Positions 47,918-58,036 of a DNA stretch of 64,000 nt are shown here, one piece after another. How positions within the stretch are numbered: the first letter of the stretch is position 1; the number at the start of each line of letters is the position of its first letter. The stretch lies in the NCBI GenBank assembly GCA_024613925.1, contig GCA_024613925.1_4713.1. The stretch is one strand, 5' to 3'. The DNA is from a phage. The notes beneath the pieces were generated by a model. That model saw only the letters and a list, made by a program, of their open reading frames with translations, was not told the origin of the DNA and did no database searches. Made by a program: the position numbers and the translations under genes.

Positions 47918-49012
47918 ATGTTTCGTGTTTTAAATAACCTCCCGCGAACATCATCGGGTGTGCAACCCGTCCCTCAGAAAGACTATCTAATACGCGAAGT
48001 TCAAAGAAACCTACAGACAATCCAGAACCACTATCAAGGTTTTACCTTCGCGGTTCAGAGCGATCACATCCTTGCGTTGCTGCTCGCACAGCTCCCTATG
48101 AGATACGACATCTCAGTACAAACTTACTACGACATGATTCTCGATCTTACCCCAGAATTGGGTAATCGTGTCAAGTTGACAACATCAAGATACGCGGGTA
48201 AGTTATTCGACGGTGCTTTCTATCCGGGATTGCACGAAGCTATTATCGCAACCGGTGAAAGTCGTCTTATTTCACGTGACATTCTTGACAACTGGCGTAA
48301 TTGGTCGCCGGTTAGAATCGTGACGCACCCGTACGCAAATCTTCGTTACATTCCTCTTCACCGAAAGCCGGTTGAAGAAGGACGAGGTTTTGCGGTCATT
48401 ATGGTTGATGTACCTTTATTAGCGCTACAGTATCGAATGTGGTCTTTGGTCATGGGTCATAACGTCGACGGTAAATGGGTGGTTAAAGAACCGGTTACAA
48501 GCTTCCTTGCGAGTTTTCCGTTGGTTAACGCATTATACTCACACAACGATGTTGTTATACGCAATCGTTGTTTATGGGTATCTCCGGCTAAGAATCCACT
48601 CAAATCACCCATTTACGTTAACGACCTTGATAACGTATTCAGCCAAGTCGTTCTGTCCGTACAGCATCATTTATTACGCAGAAGACGAAGCTACACCGAC
48701 ATGCTTAAACAGATACCGAGTTTATACGGGGATCAGTACCAAGCAACCCGAATGGGTTACACCGTCGATCTTCGACAAACACGATGGGCAAGGGATCTGG
48801 GTTGTCTGTCATTATGGCAACAACTCGTCACATTGCAAAACGTATCTGAAAGCGTCGGGTTCAGCAGTCAAGTCGATAATGACCTGTACCGTGCTGCCGA
48901 CCGGAGTCTAAAAGAAGGTAACTGGGAATCCTCTCCGTTACCTGGTGATTTAAGACGTGAAGTTATCGCACAGGTTGCCGACCTCTTAAAAATTCTTCCT
49001 GCTGGTGCATAA
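47918..49012 (+). CDS. hypothetical protein
   Basis: 364-aa ORF; TTTATTAC about 20 nt upstream of ATG. Confidence 0.55.
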   Translation: MFRVLNNLPRTSSGVQPVPQKDYLIREVQRNLQTIQNHYQGFTFAVQSDHILALLLAQLPMRYDISVQTYYDMILDLTPELGNRVKLTTSRYAGKLFDGAFYPGLHEAIIATGESRLISRDILDNWRNWSPVRIVTHPYANLRYIPLHRKPVEEGRGFAVIMVDVPLLALQYRMWSLVMGHNVDGKWVVKEPVTSFLASFPLVNALYSHNDVVIRNRCLWVSPAKNPLKSPIYVNDLDNVFSQVVLSVQHHLLRRRRSYTDMLKQIPSLYGDQYQATRMGYTVDLRQTRWARDLGCLSLWQQLVTLQNVSESVGFSSQVDNDLYRAADRSLKEGNWESSPLPGDLRREVIAQVADLLKILPAGA

Positions 49013-49031
49013 TCACCTCCCTCTTCCCTCG

Positions 49032-49063
49032 CATCCTCCCAACCCGTAAGGGAAGGGAGGATG
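49032..49063. terminator. hairpin catcctccc / gggaggatg between convergent genes
   Basis: 9-bp stem, 14-nt loop. Confidence 0.5.
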
Positions 49064-49078
49064 GGGTGGTGGATTATG

Positions 49079-51232
49079 TTACTCTGCGGTTTCTCGCTTC
49101 GGTAAATAACTTGCTGCGATGTCTTGGGCTAACAATGTATTGTTTTTATTCGAGATGAAAATACCGTAACTTTCCATTAACGCGTAATACGAACGAACGA
49201 GCGTAGAGATCAATCGACGAATATCCATACCTTGAATAAAGATATCAGGAAGCCCGGAGGCTTCGATCACCGGTAATGGTATCGTTAAGTTGCTTATCGT
49301 TTTCTTATCGTTACGTACAATCCAATCACGGAAACGTTGTTGTAACCCTTTATCCTCCCAGGAATCAATCCAATCGTTAAGAAGCGTTTTGTTCTTCGTC
49401 GCCAACGGCACACGAACCCCAACATAGGGTGGTTCCTGGCAATGGCCGTACGATTGAGCAAACACCTCTTCCCACATATCGTAAGACTGTTTCGTTACCG
49501 CAACATGTGGTTTCACTTTAACACGTGTTAAGAAATCAGGATCACCACGTTTCATGGACTCAACGATTTCGTTTTCTAACGAGATAATATCGTCAAGAAC
49601 CAATCGAATGCTGATCTTCTCATTACGTAACAGCTTATCCATGATACCGCACATCATGCGTTCAACACGTTTGACGATCATTTTTGGTGCTGACGCATCA
49701 CGCATAACCGGACCTTTCAATTCCAGCTTCGGTGGATTGATAGGAACCCCTTCACGCATGGTCATGTAACCGTAATAGTTTTTACCCATCGAGGTTAACG
49801 ACAGAATCAAGAACATATATTCGTTCTTCATTTCCATCACGTACATATGCTCTTTCGCTACACCGATATTACCAGAACACATCGCCATCAGATGAACCGT
49901 AATCTGCGTAACCAGATAGATAAGCGTGTTTGCTAAGCGCGTCGAAACTGGATTGATCTCCATATTTCCAAATCGCCACTGAACCCACTCCTGGCAGGTA
50001 AACACCGTCGAGTCGGTATCAGACAACACGCCCACTTCACGGATTGCCGACGGAAAAGCATAAACGCCAGCCGGTTGGTTCTCGGTACGCCAGAACGCCA
50101 TAATCAAGTCAGCATAACTTTGGATGCGTTGCAGCATTAATTTTGTTGTTGCTGCGGTAAGACGATAACCAAGCTCATTTCCTTTTTCTAGCGCTACGTA
50201 AATCGCTTCCCCATTCAAGAACTCCGTGCATTGTGCTGTAATCCAAGCGACCGTGTTGTTATCCATGGAAGCAATAATGGCTTTAGCCTCTTCCATCGTT
50301 TCAACAGGTTCGGATGCCAGCTCACACAACGAGTCAAGAAAATCTCGAACAAATTCAGGATTAAGCTCACGTAACGAGTACAGGTTATTGCTGTACATGT
50401 AGCAGGCGCGTTCCAACGGCGTTAAACCGGTAATTAACTCCCGGATAGTCAGTTCTTTCTCTGGGTCGAAAGTATACCGATGTAAGCATTTCGATACGTT
50501 AGCCCAAACCTCTTCCGGCGTAGGGTAATGCAGTTTGTATTTTACCATTACCTGCTCAATGGCTTTACGATCGCTGTTACGGACGATGCTTACGATGTTT
50601 TCAATTGCGATATCACAATCGTAATAATGGAAATTGCCCGCAAGGAAGCGTTCGTTGTTCGCATTGGCTGAACCTGAAGCACAGCGACATGTTGTCGTTA
50701 GACTCGGATGCGCAATCGGATTATAAAAAGGGTTGAACTTGGACGCCTGGGTTCCTGACAAACTGTTGTTGTCTAACTTGGTGTTGGTTTGTCGTTTATC
50801 GTGTAGCTCCGCTTCGTCTTTACGTCCGTGTGCTTGCGCTATCGACATTTGTTTCTTTTGTTTCTTACGCAACTTACCGTTTTCAACCGCAAAGTCGCTT
50901 AGCACACTGGAACGTGTTTCACGTGGATAACAGTTAGCCCACACCGGCGTGATAATTAAATTATTTTCTTTAATATCGTTGAAGTATTGGCTGAACTTGA
51001 TGACTTCTTTTTCTCGATTTCCTTCGGTACGCTGCGTTAGTACAAGGCAGTCGGGATCAACCATCCCGTATTTTCCACCAGGACGAACCGTTTCAAGAAC
51101 AAACTGCAACGCTTCCTGCTGAGATATCCCACGCATGCGCATTAAGAACAGGGTATAATCCTGTACCGCTTCTTTGGTCATATCCAACGTACGACCATAT
51201 CCGTTTTCATCGTAAAAGAACGGATTTTCCAT
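49079..51232 (-). CDS. polymerase-like protein (family B DNA polymerase-type motifs B and C), no exonuclease domain
   Basis: 717 aa; TKLMLQRIQSY (cf. phi29 KLMLNSLYG) followed by GVLSDTDS (cf. YGDTDS). GGAGGA upstream of ATG. Function is tentative. Confidence 0.4.
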   Translation of the reverse strand: MENPFFYDENGYGRTLDMTKEAVQDYTLFLMRMRGISQQEALQFVLETVRPGGKYGMVDPDCLVLTQRTEGNREKEVIKFSQYFNDIKENNLIITPVWANCYPRETRSSVLSDFAVENGKLRKKQKKQMSIAQAHGRKDEAELHDKRQTNTKLDNNSLSGTQASKFNPFYNPIAHPSLTTTCRCASGSANANNERFLAGNFHYYDCDIAIENIVSIVRNSDRKAIEQVMVKYKLHYPTPEEVWANVSKCLHRYTFDPEKELTIRELITGLTPLERACYMYSNNLYSLRELNPEFVRDFLDSLCELASEPVETMEEAKAIIASMDNNTVAWITAQCTEFLNGEAIYVALEKGNELGYRLTAATTKLMLQRIQSYADLIMAFWRTENQPAGVYAFPSAIREVGVLSDTDSTVFTCQEWVQWRFGNMEINPVSTRLANTLIYLVTQITVHLMAMCSGNIGVAKEHMYVMEMKNEYMFLILSLTSMGKNYYGYMTMREGVPINPPKLELKGPVMRDASAPKMIVKRVERMMCGIMDKLLRNEKISIRLVLDDIISLENEIVESMKRGDPDFLTRVKVKPHVAVTKQSYDMWEEVFAQSYGHCQEPPYVGVRVPLATKNKTLLNDWIDSWEDKGLQQRFRDWIVRNDKKTISNLTIPLPVIEASGLPDIFIQGMDIRRLISTLVRSYYALMESYGIFISNKNNTLLAQDIAASYLPKRETAE

Positions 51233-51532
51233 AAATCCTCCAAAAGTTATTTAGTCTGTCTACATCATCTCGTATATCTGTTAAAAAAGAAGGACGGCAT
51301 AAAAAAGAACCGATCCAGCCGAAGCCAGATCGGTTAAAAAAGGATAATAACTGACAGAAAGATATCGATGATGTTCGTGAAACAAGATCTTCTCTCGTGC
51401 ACAATGATGCTAGATCAGAGGGAGGTTGTAACACGAGAGGCGATTCGCCAAAGAAGGAATAAAAAACACGAATCTATCTTATTTCACTGATGGCACTAAC
51501 CACTCAAAATATATAGTACTGTATGTAAAAGT

Positions 51533-51946
51533 TTACTGATTAATCAAGTCGTTAGCAACAATCTTGGTGTAACCTGCCTGATTAAGAATTTGATTAATTT
51601 TCGTCACGTCGGTCGCATCCTCAATAACGATGCTGGGTTTATAGATCAGCGTCTTGGTAACGACGATTGTACTCTCCTTAATCCAAGGAATCCCTAGAAT
51701 CACATACTCGCCATCAGCTGTGATGACCTCGACGTAATTGTATTTCGTCGGATCGTTCGGTACACTGGACGGGAGCCGGGAATAAATCTGTTGATGAATA
51801 GCGTCTACATCACGGCCGTTGCGCACAGCCGTACGATAGTTGTACACGGCACTAATTTCTACTCCGTTGAAGTTAACCCCAAGTTCTGGGGCGTACACAT
51901 CAAAACTCACAACAGAGCCAATCTTTTCTAAATCAGAAGCTGGCAT
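51533..51946 (-). CDS. hypothetical protein
   Basis: 137-aa ORF. Confidence 0.55.
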   Translation of the reverse strand: MPASDLEKIGSVVSFDVYAPELGVNFNGVEISAVYNYRTAVRNGRDVDAIHQQIYSRLPSSVPNDPTKYNYVEVITADGEYVILGIPWIKESTIVVTKTLIYKPSIVIEDATDVTKINQILNQAGYTKIVANDLINQ

Positions 51947-51957
51947 AATAGCATCCT

Positions 51958-52479
51958 TTATTTAAAAATGTATTCGTATCCGAAGGTCGTCGCCGACCAG
52001 ACCCGGATAGATGATAGTGTTCCGCCACGATAAAACGTTTTTGTGAATTCCATATCCTGGGCAACACGATAATAAACACGTCCGATAATACGCACGATAA
52101 GGTTTCGTGATAACGATCTCTCCTCGCAGTATTCATCGATAAAGTCATCGTCGATATCCGATAAGACAACATCTGCAATTTCTTGCAGTAGATTCCTCAT
52201 CAGCATCTGCCTTCCTTCGGTACCCCACCCAGACAAACAGTAATCGTCTTCTGCCTGACTATAGATGTCGTTAACCGTCTGTTCGAGCAGTTGCTCAAGA
52301 TAGTAGTCATCGCGTTTTATAACGTGGCGACGGCGCTCAGTGGCGTATTTTTCCATCCTGTGTTTCTCTTGTTCGGCGTATGTATTAACGACGCCACAGT
52401 CTTTTCTGGATCGTCCCACAATGCACGACGAAAACTGGATACTACCATAACGGTAGGATAGATTTGTACAACCTCCCAT
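51958..52479 (-). CDS. hypothetical protein
   Basis: 173-aa ORF; start uncertain (overlaps next ORF in another frame). Confidence 0.45.
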   Translation of the reverse strand: MGGCTNLSYRYGSIQFSSCIVGRSRKDCGVVNTYAEQEKHRMEKYATERRRHVIKRDDYYLEQLLEQTVNDIYSQAEDDYCLSGWGTEGRQMLMRNLLQEIADVVLSDIDDDFIDEYCEERSLSRNLIVRIIGRVYYRVAQDMEFTKTFYRGGTLSSIRVWSATTFGYEYIFK

Positions 52480-52805
52480 CCGTAACGATGTGCGTTAGTC
52501 GTACGTCCGACATTGAACAGACATAACTGATTTAAGAAACAGAGCTGCATCTTCGTAAACAACACCCTGTCTTCACGTTTAACGTATCCGAGGATATACG
52601 CATTCTCGAACGCCTCGCGTGACAAGACGGGTCGATTAAGATACCGTAACGCTAGTACCAACAACGTTGTTATACGCAACGGATCTTCTGGGTCATTCAT
52701 GGTGCTCAGCTCTGCTTGTAACCAGTCAGGGATAGTAACCGTCAGGCGATAGGTATCTGTTCCACGATCAACCACATTCAATGTTGAAAAAGGCAACATA
52801 TCCAT
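52317..52805 (-). CDS. hypothetical protein
   Basis: 162-aa ORF; overlaps both neighbours. Confidence 0.4.
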   Translation of the reverse strand: MDMLPFSTLNVVDRGTDTYRLTVTIPDWLQAELSTMNDPEDPLRITTLLVLALRYLNRPVLSREAFENAYILGYVKREDRVLFTKMQLCFLNQLCLFNVGRTTNAHRYGWEVVQIYPTVMVVSSFRRALWDDPEKTVASLIHTPNKRNTGWKNTPLSAVATL

Positions 52806-53262
52806 GAATTCCTTCTAGCTCGAGGTTGTTCTCGCCGGTCTTCGGTAATAACCCACTGGCCGTTAACATCTGCGTCATCGAGTAGTCAAAGCACGGAAAT
52901 ATCAGGTTAACGGTTTCCTGGATCGCGTCAACATAACTATAAATGGCTTCATAATACTCACCGTCATGATCTACGCTAACCAGTTCCTGACACAGTTCTT
53001 CGCTTATCATTTCATATACCGGCGGATACCACGATTGAAATGGTCGCTGCATACGTAACGACCAGTACTCATACGTCGTATACTGAAGCACGTCATATGC
53101 CGATACGTTAATGCGGTCGAAGAAAGCATACTTGTCCATATGCTGATACAACATCGCCAGCACGGTTTCCAAGCACACCGATATCCGCACGCCGTCATCT
53201 TTCCCGTTAAGAAAATTAGGTTTCTGCCGATAACGCACAAATGCCGACGGCTTTGATTGCAT
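52768..53262 (-). CDS. hypothetical protein
   Basis: Track ORF 52768..53343 (GTG start); start moved to Met28 whose ATG (53262..53260) overlaps upstream TAA by 1 nt. Confidence 0.45.
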   Translation of the reverse strand: MQSKPSAFVRYRQKPNFLNGKDDGVRISVCLETVLAMLYQHMDKYAFFDRINVSAYDVLQYTTYEYWSLRMQRPFQSWYPPVYEMISEELCQELVSVDHDGEYYEAIYSYVDAIQETVNLIFPCFDYSMTQMLTASGLLPKTGENNLELEGIHGYVAFFNIECG

Positions 53263-53945
53263 TATTCCACCACCAACCATAACGTCATACTCGTATCTAA
53301 CGTAAAATTGAAATGCCACCAATCTTCTACACGTGGAACCCACGTACGAAGGATTTGGTTAACTTCGCTTCGCATCACCGATAAACGACAACGAAAGTCG
53401 AACTTCTCATCATGGCCGTAGTCTTCATGCATGAAAACTTCATCCAGAACGAACTCAAGTTGCATGTCGACATCACGGCCAGAGATATTCCGTTTGTACA
53501 AATACAACTCAATCGTGTCGTAAAGCAACGTATGAATATCATAATTTCCGTTCGGTGAGAAATAAGGTAATCGCTCATCGAGCATCGAAAACAGATATTC
53601 ACTGTAGTTTAATAACGGGATGATGTACCGACGCCCTGTCTGTGGTGTGCGAATATGTATCGAAACCTGACTTGGGCGCGGAATAACCGATGGCTTAGAA
53701 TCGTCTCTCTGAAATTGCTCTAAAGATCGCAACAAAGGTGGCCGCATTGTAACTCTCCAACGCCCAATTGTAAGGCCCTTCCAACATGTGTTCCCATACG
53801 TGAATAAACTCACTACCGAAGACAGGCTCCAGCGCCATGGTGAGATTCGTAAGTTCTGACGCGGCCGCATGGTAAGCATCAACATGTCTTTCCATTGACG
53901 GATCGTCTTCATTGAAAATACGTTCTGTATCGCCAGCCCGTTCAA
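53262..53945 (-). CDS. hypothetical protein
   Basis: 227-aa ORF; ATG 53945 overlaps upstream stop (ATGA); N-terminal third looks low-complexity, so true start may be internal. Confidence 0.4.
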   Translation of the reverse strand: MNGLAIQNVFSMKTIRQWKDMLMLTMRPRQNLRISPWRWSLSSVVSLFTYGNTCWKGLTIGRWRVTMRPPLLRSLEQFQRDDSKPSVIPRPSQVSIHIRTPQTGRRYIIPLLNYSEYLFSMLDERLPYFSPNGNYDIHTLLYDTIELYLYKRNISGRDVDMQLEFVLDEVFMHEDYGHDEKFDFRCRLSVMRSEVNQILRTWVPRVEDWWHFNFTLDTSMTLWLVVE

Positions 53946-54919
53946 TAAGTTCGGTAATGAGATCTGTCCATGTCTCGTGACACGTCATCATTTCCTGTTC
54001 TCGACTTAGTATGCCGATGTCTGCGTGGACGCTGGACTCGAACCGGTCTAAAAGGACCCGAAGAACGTGCACCTTGTCGATGTATTTCACCGTTATCCAA
54101 GAAAGCGGTTGCCACCGACTCAGCATCCATCCGGTACTCGGGAACCCCAAACTCATATAGTACGGGTTGCACCGGACCGAAGACGGAGCGGCGTTGTTTA
54201 AATCGCTCCTTAAGGGCAAGGCCTTGTTTAATATAAACGGGTTCATTGGCGAGTTGTTCCGCTTTTCGTTTTGCGTGAGCCAATCGAAGTTCTTCCAATT
54301 GCCCAAGCCATTCAAATTGTTCATCTGTTAGCTCCTGGGGACGTTCAACAATCGCGCCAGACGGGCAGATATTGATCGTAATGTTAATTGACGGCATCGC
54401 CATCACTCGAGGATTACTATTACGTACGCGGACAACGTGTTCGGTTGCTGATTTACGATCGACGCAATACTCTGTTTCTTGGAACTCAAATGCTTTTAAC
54501 GGCGTTGGTTTTGTTTGACGTTTAGGAACGCGGCCAAGATCAACAATATAGGCATAATCGCACACACGTTCTATTCCGTAAATACGGTTATCCGACCAGT
54601 TCTTACCAAACAGCTTATTGTGATGATAAGACAGATATTCGGTTACCATACCCTGGACAACATCGAAGTCTTCTCGAAATTCAGGTTGGTACCAAATCGG
54701 GCCGAGAATATCTGCGAACGATTCATGACGATATCGAGGATCATGTCGAGTCCAGGTCATTCTCTGATTAAGATCGAAATCCACCAACAACTCGGTTAAT
54801 TGCAATTTTTCCTTCGGAGAAAGCTGGCGTTGATGATGCAAACTCAGACAATCGATAAGCGGTAATGAAACCCACGATGCTAATGTGTACAAATCGATCC
54901 TGGCTAATCTCTTGGTCAT
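53942..54919 (-). CDS. hypothetical protein
   Basis: 325-aa ORF. Confidence 0.5.
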   Translation of the reverse strand: MTKRLARIDLYTLASWVSLPLIDCLSLHHQRQLSPKEKLQLTELLVDFDLNQRMTWTRHDPRYRHESFADILGPIWYQPEFREDFDVVQGMVTEYLSYHHNKLFGKNWSDNRIYGIERVCDYAYIVDLGRVPKRQTKPTPLKAFEFQETEYCVDRKSATEHVVRVRNSNPRVMAMPSINITINICPSGAIVERPQELTDEQFEWLGQLEELRLAHAKRKAEQLANEPVYIKQGLALKERFKQRRSVFGPVQPVLYEFGVPEYRMDAESVATAFLDNGEIHRQGARSSGPFRPVRVQRPRRHRHTKSRTGNDDVSRDMDRSHYRTY

Positions 54920-55009
54920 ACTCTTTTCCTAAGTCCCCATTGTTTATACACACGATATCTGGGAATAGTTAAAATATACGGCGTAAACGAAGCAGGAGAG
55001 TTTCTGACG

Positions 55010-55330
55010 TCATTTTCTCCCTCTTCGAATACCACCGATACCTCTTTCGTCTAAGACGTCCCAAGCACGCTTTATTTCATCCTCCGTTGCTCTGGTATCT
55101 GGAGGGACAACCATAACACAGTCGTGGAATGGCCAATGTGCGGGTCTGGGGCTCGCGAACAAATCATCCCATTCAAATGTCCATTCTTTCTTTGAGCGAT
55201 TGTAGTAGAGCGTAAGGTACGTGTTGGTATACGCTGGATAACCACGCATAACTTCAATATCCTTACGATCCCGCCGTTCCTGATCCCAATCGTTAAACCG
55301 CTTTCTTATTTTCTCCCACCACTTTCCCAT
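55010..55330 (-). CDS. hypothetical protein
   Basis: 106-aa ORF. Confidence 0.5.
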   Translation of the reverse strand: MGKWWEKIRKRFNDWDQERRDRKDIEVMRGYPAYTNTYLTLYYNRSKKEWTFEWDDLFASPRPAHWPFHDCVMVVPPDTRATEDEIKRAWDVLDERGIGGIRRGRK

Positions 55331-55353
55331 GCTTTCTCCTACGCGGCATAAAA

Positions 55354-55373
55354 GCCTGCCCCGAAGGACAGGC
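55354..55373 (-). terminator. hairpin gcctg...caggc (short, GAAG loop region)
   Basis: After stop of 55384..55584; weaker than the others. Confidence 0.3.
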
Positions 55374-55383
55374 TCGATAGAAC

Positions 55384-55584
55384 TTAACGACCATCCAATT
55401 TCAATGAAGGATGGTTGACGATATGTGCGTGTTTTGCTGGGTCATATAGCTGATATGGAAAATAGCCATGCCATTGACGGCCTTGGCATTTCGTACACAG
55501 AAACTGACCAACACCTTGTCGATTCTCGTAAGCGAGTTCGGTACTATCAACATGTTCGCAACGTTCGCAGATAAACAGCGACAT
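55384..55584 (-). CDS. small zinc-ribbon protein
   Basis: 66 aa; CERCEH...CTKCQG (two CxxC pairs). Confidence 0.45.
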   Translation of the reverse strand: MSLFICERCEHVDSTELAYENRQGVGQFLCTKCQGRQWHGYFPYQLYDPAKHAHIVNHPSLKLDGR

Positions 55585-55621
55585 AGCGCATCCCCATTCA
55601 CTTGAACCTTTTGGTTCGGCA

Positions 55622-56602
55622 TTAGAAAAGCAAGAAACCGCTATTCTTCGCTTCTGCTACAGTTTCGTCACCGACTTTCGGTGCTTGTTGACGTGCGTTA
55701 CGGTGTTCGATGTAACGTTTCGCTTCGTCCGCGATTTGTTTGATAATACCCCCTAAACGATCAGTACTTAAAACAAACGACGTCGCTTCACGAATTGGGC
55801 TGCTTTCAGGCACAAAACCATCGCAGCTGTAAATAGCGCTAACGCCCATGACTTTTGTCGCGTCTTTCGGATAAAGCGTACAGAAAGCAATCGGGCTATC
55901 GTTCTCTTTCGTCCAATCGTATCCCATGAACGTATTCAGTTCGGTGATCGTTGGTTCCAAACCGGTAACACGTGGATGGTTTAAGAAGTTTTCCAGGTCA
56001 GCGCTGTCAAGACGGCGGTTCTCGCCAGAAAACAGAACACAAAGCTGGCTGATAACAACCTGCACGTCCAGGTTGACATCCTGCTCCGATTTCCCATTTT
56101 CGCCATTCATGTGATAGCTAACAATCACTGGACGTTTCAACCCTTCTGCAGCTGCCATCAGTCCTTTGAAGGTGCGATCGGCGTTGATCGTTTGACGCTC
56201 ATCATCGAACGAGGCAACGATGCAACACACCACACGTTCACCGCGTTCCAGCAGGTTAGCAACCAACGCAGGACCGGCAACAGAACCTGAACCACCGCTC
56301 AAACTAAAGACCACGATATTAAATTTACCTGGCGTATGCTTATTGAGAATACCTGGGATTTGTGAACAGATCAGTTCAGCGTTCTCGTCACGCTTCTTAC
56401 CAGAACCGTCTAACTCACGACCGGCTGCATCTTTAAAGATGTAAATATGATCGTCGCCCAGTGTGCTATCGCGTAGGTTAGCGCGGCTGGTATCGACATA
56501 CGTCATGCTGTGTAATCCTTTCGCGACTTCGCCTTCAAATGCCGAGCCGATTTCGCCACCACAACCACCGACAGCCCAAATATGTACTTGGTTCTCTTGC
56601 AT
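55622..56602 (-). CDS. phuZ: tubulin/FtsZ-like GTPase (PhuZ-like)
   Basis: 326 aa; N-terminal IWAVGGCGGEIG (FtsZ GGGxG-like) and SLSGGSGSVAGP (tubulin signature-like). Confidence 0.65.
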   Translation of the reverse strand: MQENQVHIWAVGGCGGEIGSAFEGEVAKGLHSMTYVDTSRANLRDSTLGDDHIYIFKDAAGRELDGSGKKRDENAELICSQIPGILNKHTPGKFNIVVFSLSGGSGSVAGPALVANLLERGERVVCCIVASFDDERQTINADRTFKGLMAAAEGLKRPVIVSYHMNGENGKSEQDVNLDVQVVISQLCVLFSGENRRLDSADLENFLNHPRVTGLEPTITELNTFMGYDWTKENDSPIAFCTLYPKDATKVMGVSAIYSCDGFVPESSPIREATSFVLSTDRLGGIIKQIADEAKRYIEHRNARQQAPKVGDETVAEAKNSGFLLF

Positions 56603-56666
56603 GTGAACTCCTAACTTAATATGTATTTAACGCACAATGAATCTTTCTTTGCTAAAGGGGTGACCC

Positions 56667-57509
56667 ATGGGTGCTATTGACTACAGTGTAGATCGTATCT
56701 GTCGTACAATACCGGCAGATATCCTACAGTATTGCTATATCGATCGTTACGACTGGCGTAATCGCTATCCTCGTTCCGTAGAAGACATCATTACCGATTG
56801 GGTAATCCGTAAACGGGTTATCGGCGACATCGATATCTACGGGGGACTACAAACCGTTATCCCCCTTGATGATGCAGGTGTCACTATCGAAGAAGTCACC
56901 ATTAACTGTTATGTTTTCCACATTCCGTTGGAAGCCACGCAAGGACGTTACATCACGTCTGCATTATCCATTATTTCAGGGAGCGTGAACAACTACGGAA
57001 TAAACTATAACGGGCAATGGGGTGCTTTCAACCAAACCCAGTTTCAACGTCAGCTTTGTGGGTGGAACCCCGCAAGCAACACGTTACAGCAAGGGATGAA
57101 CGCATTCGGTCCCATGAACGTTCTTAGTACAGCCAACGTTGATATCATCGCCCCTAACACCATCATGGTGAACAACGTCACGCCTGTACAATTTCCCCTG
57201 AGTCTACGTTGTTTCCTTGCCCACGATCCGGAACTTACCAACCTCAGCATGGAGGTTTGGAACGACTTCTACAAACTCTGTTTATACGCCACACAAAGCG
57301 ACATCTACAACAGAACCGTTATCCGTCTTGACAGAGGTGTTACAGCACAAGGACAAGAAGTCGGTGCATTCAAGGAATACATCGATCGCTTTGCTGATGC
57401 TGAAAACACATATCAGGAATTCCTGAACGAAACGTGGGCTGGCGTTGCTGCCTGGAACGACCCACAAACTAAACGTCGCGCCATTCGATTACAAACCGGT
57501 TACTTCTGA
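56667..57509 (+). CDS. hypothetical protein
   Basis: 280-aa ORF. Confidence 0.55.
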   Translation: MGAIDYSVDRICRTIPADILQYCYIDRYDWRNRYPRSVEDIITDWVIRKRVIGDIDIYGGLQTVIPLDDAGVTIEEVTINCYVFHIPLEATQGRYITSALSIISGSVNNYGINYNGQWGAFNQTQFQRQLCGWNPASNTLQQGMNAFGPMNVLSTANVDIIAPNTIMVNNVTPVQFPLSLRCFLAHDPELTNLSMEVWNDFYKLCLYATQSDIYNRTVIRLDRGVTAQGQEVGAFKEYIDRFADAENTYQEFLNETWAGVAAWNDPQTKRRAIRLQTGYF

Positions 57510-58036
57510 TTAACAACAGCTTCCTCCCTCGGTGTTTTCGAGGGAGGTATTTGCCGTTTGAACACTTTCAGCACGTTCGCAAAATCAGCAGCAATAATAC
57601 AGGCCGAGGCTGATAGCTTATTGCTGAAAATGAGATCGTCCGGTAAACAATCGAACTGAATACCATATTGCGTCTTTGTCTCATCAACGATCAGTGACGG
57701 TGTCGATCCTGTCTTCGCGATGTCGGTGATATACAAACGTAAAAATAATTCACCGTCTTCGCTATCCATAAAACGATAGGCGTTACCAGAAAACGCAACA
57801 CTTGGCGTAACGATAAATTGAACACGATCGTCGGTCGGATGGATATTTAACCAACGTTCGATATCACTGCTACTCACATTCCGCATATTTACTACGGTAA
57901 AAGCAAATAGCGTATCGTGATGTTTGGAATAATGCAGCACATACGCCGCACCTTTCTTTTTGTGAATCCCTTCAATGTATTCTATTGTCGTATAGCCGGA
58001 TTTATATAGCTTTACTTGCGGTTTATCACTCATCAT
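57500..58036 (-). CDS. hypothetical protein
   Basis: Track ORF 57500..58117; start moved to Met28 (ATGA overlap with upstream stop). Confidence 0.5.
   Translation of the reverse strand: MMSDKPQVKLYKSGYTTIEYIEGIHKKKGAAYVLHYSKHHDTLFAFTVVNMRNVSSSDIERWLNIHPTDDRVQFIVTPSVAFSGNAYRFMDSEDGELFLRLYITDIAKTGSTPSLIVDETKTQYGIQFDCLPDDLIFSNKLSASACIIAADFANVLKVFKRQIPPSKTPREEAVVNQK
57523..57547 (+). terminator. hairpin cctccctcg-gtgtttt-cgagggagg after 56667..57509
   Basis: 9-bp stem 14 nt after stop; overlaps 3' end of convergent minus gene. Confidence 0.5.
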
